NCBI GenBank assembly: GCA_963924565.1
Contig: OZ004614.1
Span: 5,518,001 to 5,582,000, forward strand
Reading direction: 5' to 3'
DNA length: 64,000 nucleotides
DNA from: Ascidiella aspersa
Lineage: Eukaryota
Each line of letters starts with the position of its first letter. Position 1 is the first letter of the stretch. The notes below the pieces were generated by a model. That model was not told where the DNA came from. It made no database searches and saw only the letters and a program-made list of their open reading frames with translations. Below, in pieces: positions 51,701 to 60,264 of the stretch. A program made the translations under genes and the position numbers.

Positions 51701-54700
51701 GTCGTCGACGACTCGACATACATAATATGGTCGTATAAATTATAGTTTTTACTGCGGAAAGCGCTGTTTCCTTGAAAGAACTGCGGAAGTTTAACTGCTT
51801 TAACGTTGGAGTGAAAAGGCGGCCGTACAACCGGCTTTCGCGTTTCGGCAAAAGCATGTCGCGCTTTTGCCGCAAGCCAATTTGCCGAGTGCCGTGCCAA
51901 GATGAACGGTGAAGATGCGAGACGTAATTAATTTTGAAAATTTTTGTATTTGAGGGCATATTTCTGAGGAGACATTGCGAAAATAAATTCGCCCAAAACC
52001 GATCTAAAAAAATTAACCATTTGAAATATAGTTTGCAATGCAAATTACGGTTGAAAACGAAGGAAAGAAACATGACTAAAGGCCATTTTTTCTCAACTAG
52101 TTTTTTTGCGGCGACTCATTTACTAAACGTAAGTATAACTGCCTTAACGACTTAATTATATTCAATTAATTTTTTGTAATCTTGACGTAAACAAAACACA
52201 AAGAACACAATAGCGCTCCAAAATTTAAATTTAATTAGCATGAGCCATGTGTGTAAAAACCTTGAATATAACAAATCCTAATAAAATTAAATGATATAGT
52301 TTTACTGCAGTCGGCGACCCAGCCAAAACCGCACAATTTTAGGTCTTGACCATGGGTTAAGAAACACTGTCCTAAGTCAAATGGTAGCATAGGTACTCGT
52401 CAGATACCATGGGGTTGGATTGGAGCCGATCCAATACTAAATTAACTGGTGCATTTCCGCCAAATAAACTTAGTGCCTAGCCCTAGATAATTGACAGCAG
52501 ATTTGAAAGCATTCCTTGGTTATTGCGAAGCACTATATATAGTGATCTGTATAATGTTAAAGTATAGTGAAACAAAATACGCAAAATTAAACACAATACA
52601 AGGGCCTACCTTCGCGAAGATAAGGCCAATTGCTCCACTTAAGCCCACTCTGTTTCGAATCCAAAGGTCGTAGACGAGGCAGGTTGGTAAAACGCAGTAG
52701 CCCTGTTCCTTGCTGAGCAGAGACAGCACGGACAACGCTACTGCTACGGAGAAAATAATCCAGCCGAGACAATTGGCACCACTTTGAGACTTTTCGTCGA
52801 AAAGATTTAGATTGAAAGGTGATTTGCGCGGTTGGTATTGGCATACATTGCTGTTTATTTTGGTTTTGGTGGACGTTGTTGTGTTGGAACTGTCGCACGT
52901 GTCTGTGGTTGTGTGTGAATCGTCCGATTCCGCAGCCCTGTCACCCTAAGAGAAAAACGGGTGTCGTTTTTTTTTTCGGAGACGATGGGAGATTTTTATT
53001 TTAAGACGCATACTGCTTGCTTGTGATGGGCGCTGAAGTAAGATTTGTTACGTCCTGGCAAATTAAAATGATTTATGCAGGTTAAAGGCTTTACGGTCAC
53101 TAACCTGTGGCTTGTGGCTGTTAGGAATAAAGCTTCGCGAAAATTATTATCTGATCGCATTTGCAAACTTTTTCCAACCCAATTGTAAAACTATAACTTA
53201 AAAAAAACTAAAAAAAAAAAAAATTAAAAAAAAAAACTACGGTCCACAGGCCACAACAATGCTATTTACAGCTTTTGTTTAGAAAGAATAATAATTAATT
53301 TATATCCTCTACTTAAACTGGAACGAAATTAGCATTTACGTGCCTCAGTTTGTTTTTTCGTTAAGTAATTTCAATACCACGAGCGATTAATTATTATGTT
53401 TCGGAGAATTGGCTACACATGTGAATGTTAATTAAGACTTGTATTTAAAGTTAACCCTAGGCCCTAGGCCAGTGATTCTCAACCTTTTTTGGCTTGCGGC
53501 ATCCTACAGGAATTATAAATAGTTCGGCACCCTTGCTTGTATTTTTGCTAAGTGCTTAACTGTAATGTTACGATGAACGAGATTGGAACAGCACATTAAC
53601 TCGGCAAAAAGATAGAAAAAAACATTTTAATTTTTTGTACTTTGATTGTACACAAAAAATTGTATCAAGAAGCGTACCAATTGGTACAAAAATTTGAATC
53701 CCAAAGAACTTGAAATATCTTATGGCACCTTTGAGTGTTAAAAATGGAACTCTAGAGTGCCGCGGCACCCCGGTTGAGAACCACTGCCCCAGGTGATCAC
53801 CCTGTTGGTGCTTTCACCCCTCAATTTGAAACCCCCATTCTAAGCCTTTGTACCTGCAGGAGCGGATGCAAATTGGTCGCTCCGACGTCATCCAAGTTCA
53901 CGTCCGGGAAATCCCCCGAGGTCGAATAGCAGTCGACTTCTCGGGAATTCCCCGTCTCACAGGCCCGCTTGCCGCGACGGTTTCTTCGCTTTCTTTTGGC
54001 CCCTGACCATCGCCCGGCGCTCCCCTGGTAGCTCAGAGTTTGGACTCTTGGGGCCACCCCTGAGCCCGCCGAGTGAGGTCGATATCCTTGTGGGGTCCGG
54101 GAATTCCCCTCGCTGGCTCTGGGCGCGTTTTTTCGGCGACCGTCCAAAAGATCGCATGAGCGTTTGTACACAAGAAGGGCTGGAACAGAGAGATAGGTAA
54201 AATTAAACCGTTGGTACTATTTTAATTTAATATTAGTTGTTTTTTATCTATTTTATTTCTACCATAGCTTTCATATATTTATCACAACGCGTATCACTTT
54301 ACGATTCACTTCGTCGAACTTGACATTTTCAAAAAAAATTAACAAATAAGTGACAATTGCCCCTTTTTCTTATCGCTGGTAGAAGTTGAAAAACAAATCA
54401 CGTTTAATTAAAAGTCACCTGACAAGAAGAAAAAAGTGGCCAAGACGTCAGCCCTTCCCACTATTCCTGCAACAGCTTCAGTGTGAATCGGATGCACAGC
54501 GAACAACAGACCTGAACAGAATAGTAATTGTTGAAGCCTATGGTTAACAATTTCTTACTTGGTGAACCTTAACATACATAGTGGAAACTTAAAACGGTTA
54601 GGGATATCGTGTTTTTTTAAAACAAGAGCAGTTAAGTAAAATTACAGTTCGATAACTTTTTCAAGGCATAACCTAATAAAAAAAGACGACCTCAAGCTGA

Positions 54701-56778
54701 TAAATTTACCAATTAATGAACAGCATCGTCCGTTTCGATAGTTAATGCGATCGTCCGATTGAATAGTTAATACGATGATCGTACGCCTAGATAATTAACA
54801 GCATCGTCCGGTTCGATAGTTAATGCGATCGTCCGATTGAATAGTTAATACGATGATCGTACGCCTAGATAATTAACAGCATCGTCCAATTCAAAATATA
54901 CGATCGTCCGATTCGAAACTTTTTTTCAAAAATATTAATCGCCCGATTCGTTATTTTATTTATGCGTACGAAAGCATATTTCACTTAAAAGTAAACTGAA
55001 TTACAGTATATTTTTAAACAAGGTAAATTTTCAAGACAGAAAATAACGCGTTGGGTCTCAGTTTATCGTCTAATCAGCGTCAATACCAAGCATAGTACAA
55101 ATACGGATACAGCCAAGACATCGCTTGTCTGCTTTGATATTGCAATATACGGCACCCCTGCTTGCATATTTAGAGAGTGGGTTAATTATGAATTCTCATT
55201 AATGGCTTTTGCCTCGGTCAATTAACCCTTCTTCTACAACTTGGTTACTGTTTGATTCTGATAAAAAATACCCACTCATGGTTTGCTGCTGGCGTAGTAA
55301 GCCTAAACTAATGAGAACTCATAATTCAACCCAATTCTTCACATTTACGCCCAAAGAGTTAAAATTTCGCTAATTCACCGTGCGAAGCTTTCCAAAGATC
55401 AACTTGCCAAACGCCCTAAAAACCTAAATCGCAAATCAGACGGCAGCACCTGATAGCAGGACTTTCTCGGGCGAGAAGAACAGCAAGGAGCTGGTCACGT
55501 GACAGAAGAGCAGGGTCGTCATAGCGTGAAGGATGATGTTGGTCACGTGGTATGGAGAAGGTTGTAGGCCGAAAAGCTGGTGATTGAGCCTGCGACAACA
55601 TGTAAGGGAAAAATGTTGCAAATAAAATGGCGACTGGGGGGAAAGACACAAATTTAGGAATTGCAATACAGCCAGGGTTTTTTTAAGGTTTGGTTTTGGT
55701 GACCGCTAAGTAGTTTTAACAGGCCGCAAGTATTTCATGTAAATATCAAAAAGTTGCAAGTCCAAAATTTAGGAAACCACTGGAGAAATTTGGGGTACCG
55801 TTTCGGTCCCCCAAAACAACTTAAAAAAAAACTGAATACAGCAATCGACAAGTCTTAGATCAGGGGTTCTTAACTGGGGTCCATGGACCCATTGGGATCC
55901 GTGAACTAGTTTTAGGGGCGTTTATGAAGGCTTATTTGAAATGTTAATGTATATTTAAGAAGTAATCAAATTTTTTTTAAGAAAATGTTTTAATTAAAAG
56001 TAATTCGGTTTAGCACTGAATGAATTTAGACTCAATTTTGCTTTCACATTTTTTAGCCGAAATCAGCGGATTTCTGAAGTCTATTTGTATTGTGATGTCA
56101 ATTAATGACGTCATCTCTGACAATTTCTTGCCTATCGGGGTACGTACGGAAAGATTTCATTAGAGATCCGTGGTAAAAAAAGAGTTTAAGAACCGCTGTC
56201 TTAGATAAAAGAAATGTGTCACTTTAAGAGTAAAGGGTATTTTAAAAGTATGTAATATAATCGTCATACCTTGAGCTTAAAGTGAGAACGGTGAAATGGC
56301 TATACCTTAAATCAGTGGTTCTCAACCGGGGTGCCGCGGCACTCCAGGGTGCCATTTTTAACAGTGGCGAGAGATCAAATTAGTTAGGATTTCAATTTTT
56401 GCTCTATTGGTAAGCTTCTTGATACAATTTTATGTACGCGATCAAAGTGCCAATAATTAAAAAAGTTTTGTCGACCTTGTTGCACAGTTAATGTGTTGTT
56501 CAATCACGTTTTTTGTAACGTTACAGTTAACCACTCAGCAAAAATACGAGCAAGGGTGCCGCGAATTATTTATAATTTTTGTAGGGTGTCGCAAGCCTAA
56601 AAAGGTTCTACCTTAAAGAAGGACGTTTAAATTGCCATACCTTAAAGTGAGAACGGTGATCGGTCTGTACGACTGGTGGCTTCCGGTGTGGTTCAGGGGG
56701 GTTCCCCAGAAGTCATTTGTGAAGACTTGCCCGATAGGAGTCGACTGCAGAACATCAGGGTTCGTCAATATGGCGCGG
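9554..56778 (-). CDS. TMTC2: TMTC2-like protein O-mannosyltransferase (TM region + DUF1736 + C-terminal TPRs); 14 coding exons, 5' exon missing
   Basis: Hand-spliced exons (all GT-AG, phases consistent, 2878 nt): 56641-56778, 55450-55589, 54419-54511, 53854-54179, 52610-52945, 49467-49968, 48790-48976, 45025-45132, 44426-44569, 40567-40714, 11676-11877, 11019-11222, 9977-10161, 9554-9718. Motifs [107 protein letters not shown] match TMTC2 as I recall it. Confidence 0.95.
9977..10161 (-). CDS. TMTC2: TMTC2 TPR exon ([14 protein letters not shown]...)
   Basis: Within ORF 9926..10177; phase 1-0. Confidence 0.92.
11019..11222 (-). CDS. TMTC2: TMTC2 TPR exon ([19 protein letters not shown]...)
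   Basis: 204 nt open, phase 1-1. Confidence 0.92.
11676..11877 (-). CDS. TMTC2: TMTC2 TPR exon ([10 protein letters not shown]...SLYNMLG)
   Basis: Within ORF 11584..11928; phase 0-1. Confidence 0.92.
15744..15946. repeat. ~200-bp imperfect palindrome (foldback)
   Basis: Arms ...AACTGTGATCTAGACCTTCTGAAG... / ...CTTCAGGAGGGCTAGATCACAGTT... Confidence 0.8.
16039..16111 (+). mobile_element. tRNA-derived SINE-like head (or tRNA pseudogene)
   Basis: A-box-like TAACTCAGTTGA, B-box GTTCGAACC, partial acceptor pairing CCTG/CAGG, ends in CCA; anticodon arm irregular; related B-box segment at ~27815-27845. Confidence 0.6.
17956..18238. mobile_element. hAT-type MITE
   Basis: GGGTTCCCAACCT...AGGTTGGAAACCC termini. 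Confidence 0.6.
19520..19942. mobile_element. hAT MITE, same family as 3251-3759
   Basis: Same termini and arrays; 8-bp TSD CTTGCAAC. Confidence 0.88.
20638..20681 (-). ncRNA. Candidate minimal type I hammerhead ribozyme (family B)
   Basis: GAUUAA CUGAAGA U GAUAC-AAGCUC-GUAUA GAAAC GUC UUAAUC. Confidence 0.6.
24155..24508. repeat. 176-bp tandem duplication
   Basis: TGGTCAG.ACTATACAAAGCTCAGCTGA at 24155 and 24331. Confidence 0.92.
25420..25543 (+). CDS. GPCR first coding exon ([34 protein letters not shown]...)
   Basis: In-frame TGA upstream (25387); NET/NMT/NVT/NAS sequons; donor G|gtaagt. Confidence 0.75.
25420..39650 (+). CDS. Class A (rhodopsin-like) GPCR, GPR84/Tre1/Moody-like, ~1009 aa, nested antisense in TMTC2 intron
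   Basis: Exons 25420-25543, 26817-26995, 27959-28122, 31872-31963, 34334-34478, 36019-36305, 37612-39650 splice in frame (3030 nt). N-terminus with four N-glycosylation sequons; TM1 GTIGN; [18 protein letters not shown] (TM2); IAINRY (TM3); TM4 Trp; ECL2 Cys; TM6 FALCVLP; TM7 NPMLY; Cys cluster after helix 8. Confidence 0.9.
25569..25883. mobile_element. hAT MITE (CAGGGGTTCTT family)
   Basis: TIRs; perfect TSD CTCTAAAG; 25 nt downstream of GPCR exon 1. Confidence 0.88.
26347..26500 (+). mobile_element. Family-A foldback element with central hammerhead-like core (about 10 copies in window)
   Basis: Arms TGGAGCATAATGG...AAGAATATCAAAGCCCATACAGAAGTAGGTA (consensus) and their reverse complement. 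Other copies at ~2416-2549, 11320-11452, 12903-13055, 28153-28445, 31178-31355, 32960-33035, 37155-37260, 50729-50875, 59285-59413. Confidence 0.8.
26817..26995 (+). CDS. GPCR exon 2 (TM1-TM2)
   Basis: Within ORF 26705..27064; GN and NLxxxD motifs. Confidence 0.9.
27959..28122 (+). CDS. GPCR exon 3 (TM3, NRY motif)
   Basis: Within ORF 27869..28126. Confidence 0.9.
28167..28352. mobile_element. hAT MITE inserted inside a family-A foldback element
   Basis: CTGGGCCGGATTAA...TTGATCCGGCCATG; TSD ATAATGGT/ATATTGGT. Confidence 0.75.
30650..31002. mobile_element. hAT MITE (CAGGGGTTCTT family), inverted orientation
   Basis: Reverse-complement similarity to 25569-25883 and 55861-56198. Confidence 0.8.
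31872..31963 (+). CDS. GPCR exon 4 (ICL2-TM4)
   Basis: [30 protein letters not shown]; phase 2-1. Confidence 0.85.
31972..32243. mobile_element. MITE-like element with ~35-bp inverted arms directly after GPCR exon 4
   Basis: ATCCAAAACCATTGGCAGCAGGGTTTCTGC ... GCAGAAACCTGCTGCCAATAGTTTTGGAT. Confidence 0.65.
33226..33710. repeat. Degenerate ~178-bp tandem repeat x3
   Basis: GTGG...TAAACAACATT...ATGA(C/T)GCG units at ~33226, 33401, 33581. Confidence 0.75.
34334..34478 (+). CDS. GPCR exon 5 (ECL2-TM5)
   Basis: [16 protein letters not shown]...[14 protein letters not shown]; phase 1-2. Confidence 0.85.
36019..36305 (+). CDS. GPCR exon 6 (start of ICL3)
   Basis: [13 protein letters not shown]... 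open for 287 nt; phase 2-1. Confidence 0.82.
37612..39650 (+). CDS. GPCR last exon (long ICL3, TM6, TM7, C-tail)
   Basis: ORF 37641..39650 extended to the acceptor ending at 37611; NPMLY. Confidence 0.92.
40567..40714 (-). CDS. TMTC2: TMTC2 TPR exon ([10 protein letters not shown]...[12 protein letters not shown]...)
   Basis: Within ORF 40249..40836; phase 2-0. Confidence 0.92.
41317..41952. repeat. 166-bp tandem repeat, ~3.8 near-identical units
   Basis: Near-identical ORFs recur at 41370, 41536, 41702 (period 166). Confidence 0.95.
42052..42352. repeat. Minisatellite of palindromic AAATGTGCGCACATTT-like units
   Basis: Repeated GTGCGC/GTGCAC cores separated by A/T tracts. Confidence 0.8.
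44426..44569 (-). CDS. TMTC2: TMTC2 TPR exon ([13 protein letters not shown]...MADVHYNL)
   Basis: Within ORF 44422..44637; phase 2-2. Confidence 0.93.
45025..45132 (-). CDS. TMTC2: TMTC2 exon (last TM helix, ...[12 protein letters not shown])
   Basis: 108 nt, phase 2-2, AG/GT borders. Confidence 0.88.
46243..47643 (-). CDS. Intronless MFS transporter, FLVCR/SLC49 family-like (466 aa)
   Basis: Multi-pass hydrophobic ORF; YTRRW N-terminal motif, [31 protein letters not shown] resemble FLVCR1/2 and SLC49A3/4. Confidence 0.88.
   Translation of the reverse strand: MENKNRTLYTRRWFFLVGLAFYQLYVGLSFASFGQISNFYSQYYNVDFLTVDWFTNVRFISSALVTIPLAWFIFNGKVGLRRMVLLMAFTSTLGTFLVTAALTNPLLMPLIFVGQILSGLAETVSVGLPSSFAVLWFPERQVGTAIAVNMIGLIFGDLFCYLVPPSLLLYATDVAANSSQYNLSLVALENGRLSLQLMYGCGSAVSILPGLLFYMFLTDKPPTAPTVAQEVKDDTSQDTKTADMFLKETKSLFANWSYSAVTIVFGLSYQLVFLENLMMSQIVHSLDLKQFSYVPTDMLSGIAMTLWSVSNILGLTIAGKLVDHCKRYKLLMIKFLSLYFFASVGLTLGVYTANSVVILVTNCLFGFFSGFTDVIAVEIITQLTYPVDEALANTWVTGIMSALTILLGVLGRFFFNKYGGVGVLVFQCVLLLGCIILTCFISSKNKRLAVEQDDVPCTAATPLVQK
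48790..48976 (-). CDS. TMTC2: TMTC2 exon ([26 protein letters not shown])
   Basis: Within ORF 48762..48992; phase 1-2. Confidence 0.93.
49467..49968 (-). CDS. TMTC2: TMTC2 exon containing DUF1736 (FSESDNPAA...[11 protein letters not shown]...DPRN)
   Basis: 502 nt, phase 0-1; DNP and DW motifs. Confidence 0.93.
50113..50150 (-). ncRNA. Candidate minimal type I hammerhead ribozyme
   Basis: AGGAA CUGAUGA U GCC-GCUU-GGC GAAA CAU AUU UUCCU: complete core, 5-bp helix I, 3-bp helix II. Confidence 0.6.
52610..52945 (-). CDS. TMTC2: TMTC2 exon (Thr/Ser-rich insert, then [33 protein letters not shown])
   Basis: 336 nt open, phase 0-0, KEQG motif. Confidence 0.88.
53470..53786. mobile_element. hAT MITE (CAGTGGTTCTCAAC family)
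   Basis: TIR CAGTGATTCTCAACC...GGTTGAGAACCACTG; inverted copy at 56313-56608. Confidence 0.82.
53854..54179 (-). CDS. TMTC2: TMTC2 exon encoding end of a TM helix plus long hydrophilic insert
   Basis: GC-rich open frame (ORF 53821..54171); phase 1-0 bridges the neighbouring exons exactly. Confidence 0.8.
54419..54511 (-). CDS. TMTC2: TMTC2 exon ([30 protein letters not shown])
   Basis: Hallmark [12 protein letters not shown] motif; 93 nt, phase 1-1. Confidence 0.93.
54719..54915. repeat. 78-bp tandem repeat x~2.4 built from ATCG subunits
   Basis: CAGCATCGTCC at 54721, 54799, 54877. Confidence 0.9.
55450..55589 (-). CDS. TMTC2: TMTC2 exon ([21 protein letters not shown]...)
   Basis: Within ORF 55436..55666; AG/GT borders; phase 2-1. 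Confidence 0.9.
55673..55834. mobile_element. Short hAT MITE (CAGGGTTTTTTTAAG family)
   Basis: Perfect TSD AATACAGC; second copy at 60124-60264. Confidence 0.85.
55861..56198. mobile_element. hAT MITE (CAGGGGTTCTT family)
   Basis: TIRs; perfect TSD TCTTAGAT. Confidence 0.88.
56313..56608. mobile_element. hAT MITE (CAGTGGTTCTCAAC family), one end truncated
   Basis: Reverse-complement similarity to 53470-53786. Confidence 0.78.
56641..56778 (-). CDS. TMTC2: TMTC2 exon (RAILTNPDV...[26 protein letters not shown])
   Basis: AG at 56780-56779, GT at 56640-56639; 138 nt, phase 2-2. Confidence 0.93.
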
Positions 56779-59191
56779 CTAAAAACAATTATTGTCGATT
56801 AAATTAGGCCATCATAAAAATCCAGTAGCGGACAACGGGCAGTTCTAAGAAATATCTTAGAATTCTTAAAAGTGTTTGAAGACGTTTCCCTAGACGCGAT
56901 TTTTTTTTCAATCGATATATTAGACAGCACAGAAGGCAATAAAGCAAAATATCAACACAGTCGATAAAGCATCAACGTATTGACCATTAACACTTACCTA
57001 TACGTCAAGTGTAGAGCAACACAAATTTTGTCTAAGCCAAAACAAAACAAAAAGCCACGAAATAGTTGCTCCGATCCTTAAGTGTAAGGTTTAAATCCGG
57101 GTTAAAACTCCTTGCAAAGTTGCTAATTTTTTATCAAGCATTTCGAATAATAACAGACAAATGCAAATACTTTGGCTCTAAAATATTGCCCAAATGAGCG
57201 ATTTTTCCTTGGTTTGTAAAGCCATCGGAAGTGTTACAGCATTTTAAATTACGGTAAAAATAATTTGTAAAAAATTACAGCGTAATTGTATTAAATTGTT
57301 TCGTTTATTTACAAAGCAAAAGGCCAAATTATCATCAAAAGAGCAACTATAAACTACAGAATTTTCCATGCAAAACTCTAACCAAAGTTAAAATAAGATA
57401 AATTTGATTTGATTCAAAGATAAATAGCTCTGATTTAGTTCCGAAATGACATTAATGGTCAAAAATGTCCTAAAACGAGAATCTTGGGAATTAATTACAA
57501 TAATCACGAAATACTCACGAATGACTTGACTGTCGAAGACATTGTAAGTGTAAAGCTTAGTGCTGTGTTTAGCGCTTTGGCCTGCTGTGATTGACTTAAA
57601 TGGTCAAAATAAGCCTTGAACGAGAACCGAAAATTATTTACAAAACAATAATCACGGAATTTACAAGAATGACTGCCCGAGACATTGCTAGTATGAAGAG
57701 TAGTGCTGTATTCAGCGTCCTAGCCTATGATTGGCCAAGCGACGCGCGAAGATCGACCACCGATCGCATTTGAAGCCTGAACGAGAGACCTTCGAGAGGC
57801 ACTCGGGCCCCCGCGGGGTTTTAATATCGCGCCTACAGTGCTACTTGGGGCAGCTCATCTCCGCTGACGAGTGCTTTCGTTGGCACCAGTCGTCCAGTCT
57901 CGAGAGCCAATCCGTCATTTTTGCACCGAGGAGAGAAAGCGTTTTGCGATATTTACCACAACGGTGGTTGGGTGCCGGAACGACCGAAGGGCGTTTGTGT
58001 TGTTTCGCGAATTGCGGAATCATCACAAACCGTTTCGCGGTGAAAGTTCCATGGCCAGCATTGTGTTTTTTATTCATTTCTGGAATCGACGTAATATCAA
58101 GTCGCGCCAGTCCAATGTTCGAGCAGTTCGAGCAAATGCGCAGCTTGTAAAAATATATATAAAATGCAACCTGAAATATGTAACCGTTTTAAAATTAAAG
58201 CACATTATCTTATTTTGTGGAAATCCCTTAAAACAATTTTATCTGAATATCGGCACACAAAATGTTATTAAGTCATTAGCATATTTACATATATTTATAT
58301 ACATGAGACCGAAACGTGACTGATGAAAAACCGCTTTTAACCTAACTTGAAAAAAAAATAAAGCAAAGAGTGGAAATAAGTTACGTGAAAAACCAACACA
58401 CTTGCATGTATTTCCATTTCTTTACTGAAGCGGTGTACACAAAAAACCAACACGGTTTGTGCGCCGCCAACCTTCGTTAGACATTACATATATTTGTTTG
58501 CCGAGCGAAAGCTTAGTAGATAAGTGAAGGTACACCAGATTGCGAAACAGCCGTGTCCAAACATCGCCGAACAAGTAGCAAACATTTTCGTTGCGCGGCG
58601 TCTTGATACGAAACTATTTACAAATTGGCTTTCGTAGCTACTTCGAAACCCGGATGTATTTCCTTAACACTTGCAATCTTAAAATGAGAGTTAGCTCCAC
58701 CAGGCAACATATCAATAAATAGAAATCGCTCTCCTGGTGTAAACGAAGTATCAACCGACGTTTCGGCAGCAGATACCAGGTGATCTCAACAGGCTTAATA
58801 ATTAAAACGAGAATACGTTAGCCAACTTACATAATAAAAATACTATATAGATTAAAATTTGGGATCTGTTACGCACGTAAGTCATTATGTAAAGACACCT
58901 ACAATACAGGGAGGCAGTTTTTAACGGTTTTCGTTACAAGTGCGATAATGACACGCAAATAGGCTAAAAATGGGGCCGGTCGTTCAAAAAAAGGCCATAG
59001 AAAGTGGCAGCGCAGTTACAGTCGGCTTGTTTGTATAGCGGATTGTGGCAAGATAAGAAGGACTCCGTTACACTTAATGGACCCACGGCACGGTGGTGCA
59101 ATAGAGAGTGAGGATTTCCGCTAAACGTGGCTGACCGGCCGCGATGCTTAAGTGTGTCGTGCCCTGCCGTAGTGTAATAATCACACTGGAC

Positions 59192-59769
59192 AACTGATTT
59201 TCAACTGGTGTTCTGCGGTACACTGGTGCTACGTGAAATAGCGGAAGGTGTTCTGCAAAGTTTAATATAATTTAACAGATTTTGGGTAATTGTTGTAAGA
59301 CGTAACGAGAATATCGAAGTCCGTACAGAAGTAGGTATCATTTTGAACGTTTCGATTAACTCTATTCATTTTCAACAATGTATGAGTTGTTCGAAACGTT
59401 CAAAATGGTACCTAATTTTACAAATGTTCCATGAAACACCAGTCGAAAGAGATTGGTTTAACACAATAAACTTAAGCAGCTTTTATTTTATTAAGTGTTA
59501 ATCCGCTATCACCAGTTTGCATTTTATATTGTGATTTGCTTGATCTATTGTTATGCAATAATAAGACTCTAGCGTAATAATAGGATTGCAATACACTGAA
59601 TATATAGTTTGTGCTCATCCAAACAGGCCCAGTATTTCACTACGAAAAACTGAAAGGGAATAAATAAATGTTATGCTGTTCATTGTTTATGCATTGATAA
59701 ACTTTCGTTGGCTTTCCGCAAAATTGTGTAATGCCCAATGTTCCGTGGTTAAAAGGTTAAAAAACACGG
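59192..59769. mobile_element. Degenerate hAT MITE containing a nested family-A foldback copy
   Basis: Flanked by CACTGGAC on both sides; eroded TIRs. Confidence 0.6.
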
Positions 59770-60123
59770 CACTGGACTAACACAGGTGACCCAAAATAAA
59801 TCGCTGTAACGTTTCACAATGCGAGCTCAATGTCACGAATTGATAAGCGACGCTTGCTTTACTGTCAATGATGGAGTACGCATTCGGTCATCTCACCAAT
59901 TACCAATCTCCTATTTCACAGACACAAGAGTATTATTGCAAGCAATTAATATAATCCTTTTGCGCTGCAAGACAAACATTCACTAGTTCATTCAAACCGT
60001 TGTTAAAATACTGTTACCGTAAGGCCAATCGATTTAAAAACAGGGTATAACCCTTGCAAGTCTGCCCTTAGTTTTAGGGAGGTTAAGCAAAATCTTACTT
60101 TTATTAAAAGTAATGCCTCTGTG

Positions 60124-60264
60124 CAGGGTTTTTTTAAGGTTTGGTTTGGGTGACCGCATAGTTTTAAGAGACCGCAAGTATTTGATTTGAATACCAAAAA
60201 GTTGCAAGTCCAAAATTTGGGAAACCGCTGGAGAAAATTTCCAAAACACCTTAAAAAAACACTG
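60124..60264. mobile_element. Short hAT MITE (CAGGGTTTTTTTAAG family)
   Basis: Perfect TSD CCTCTGTG. Confidence 0.85.

Noticed and set aside
50866-52155. ORFs of 129 and 225 aa in a TMTC2 intron
   Set aside because: No recognisable domain or coherent splice structure; TMTC2 splices in frame without them.
56990-57130. Candidate TMTC2 first exon ending AG|gtaagt near 56998
   Set aside because: Phase fits, but the translation lacks the expected N-terminal TM helix and YDD motif.
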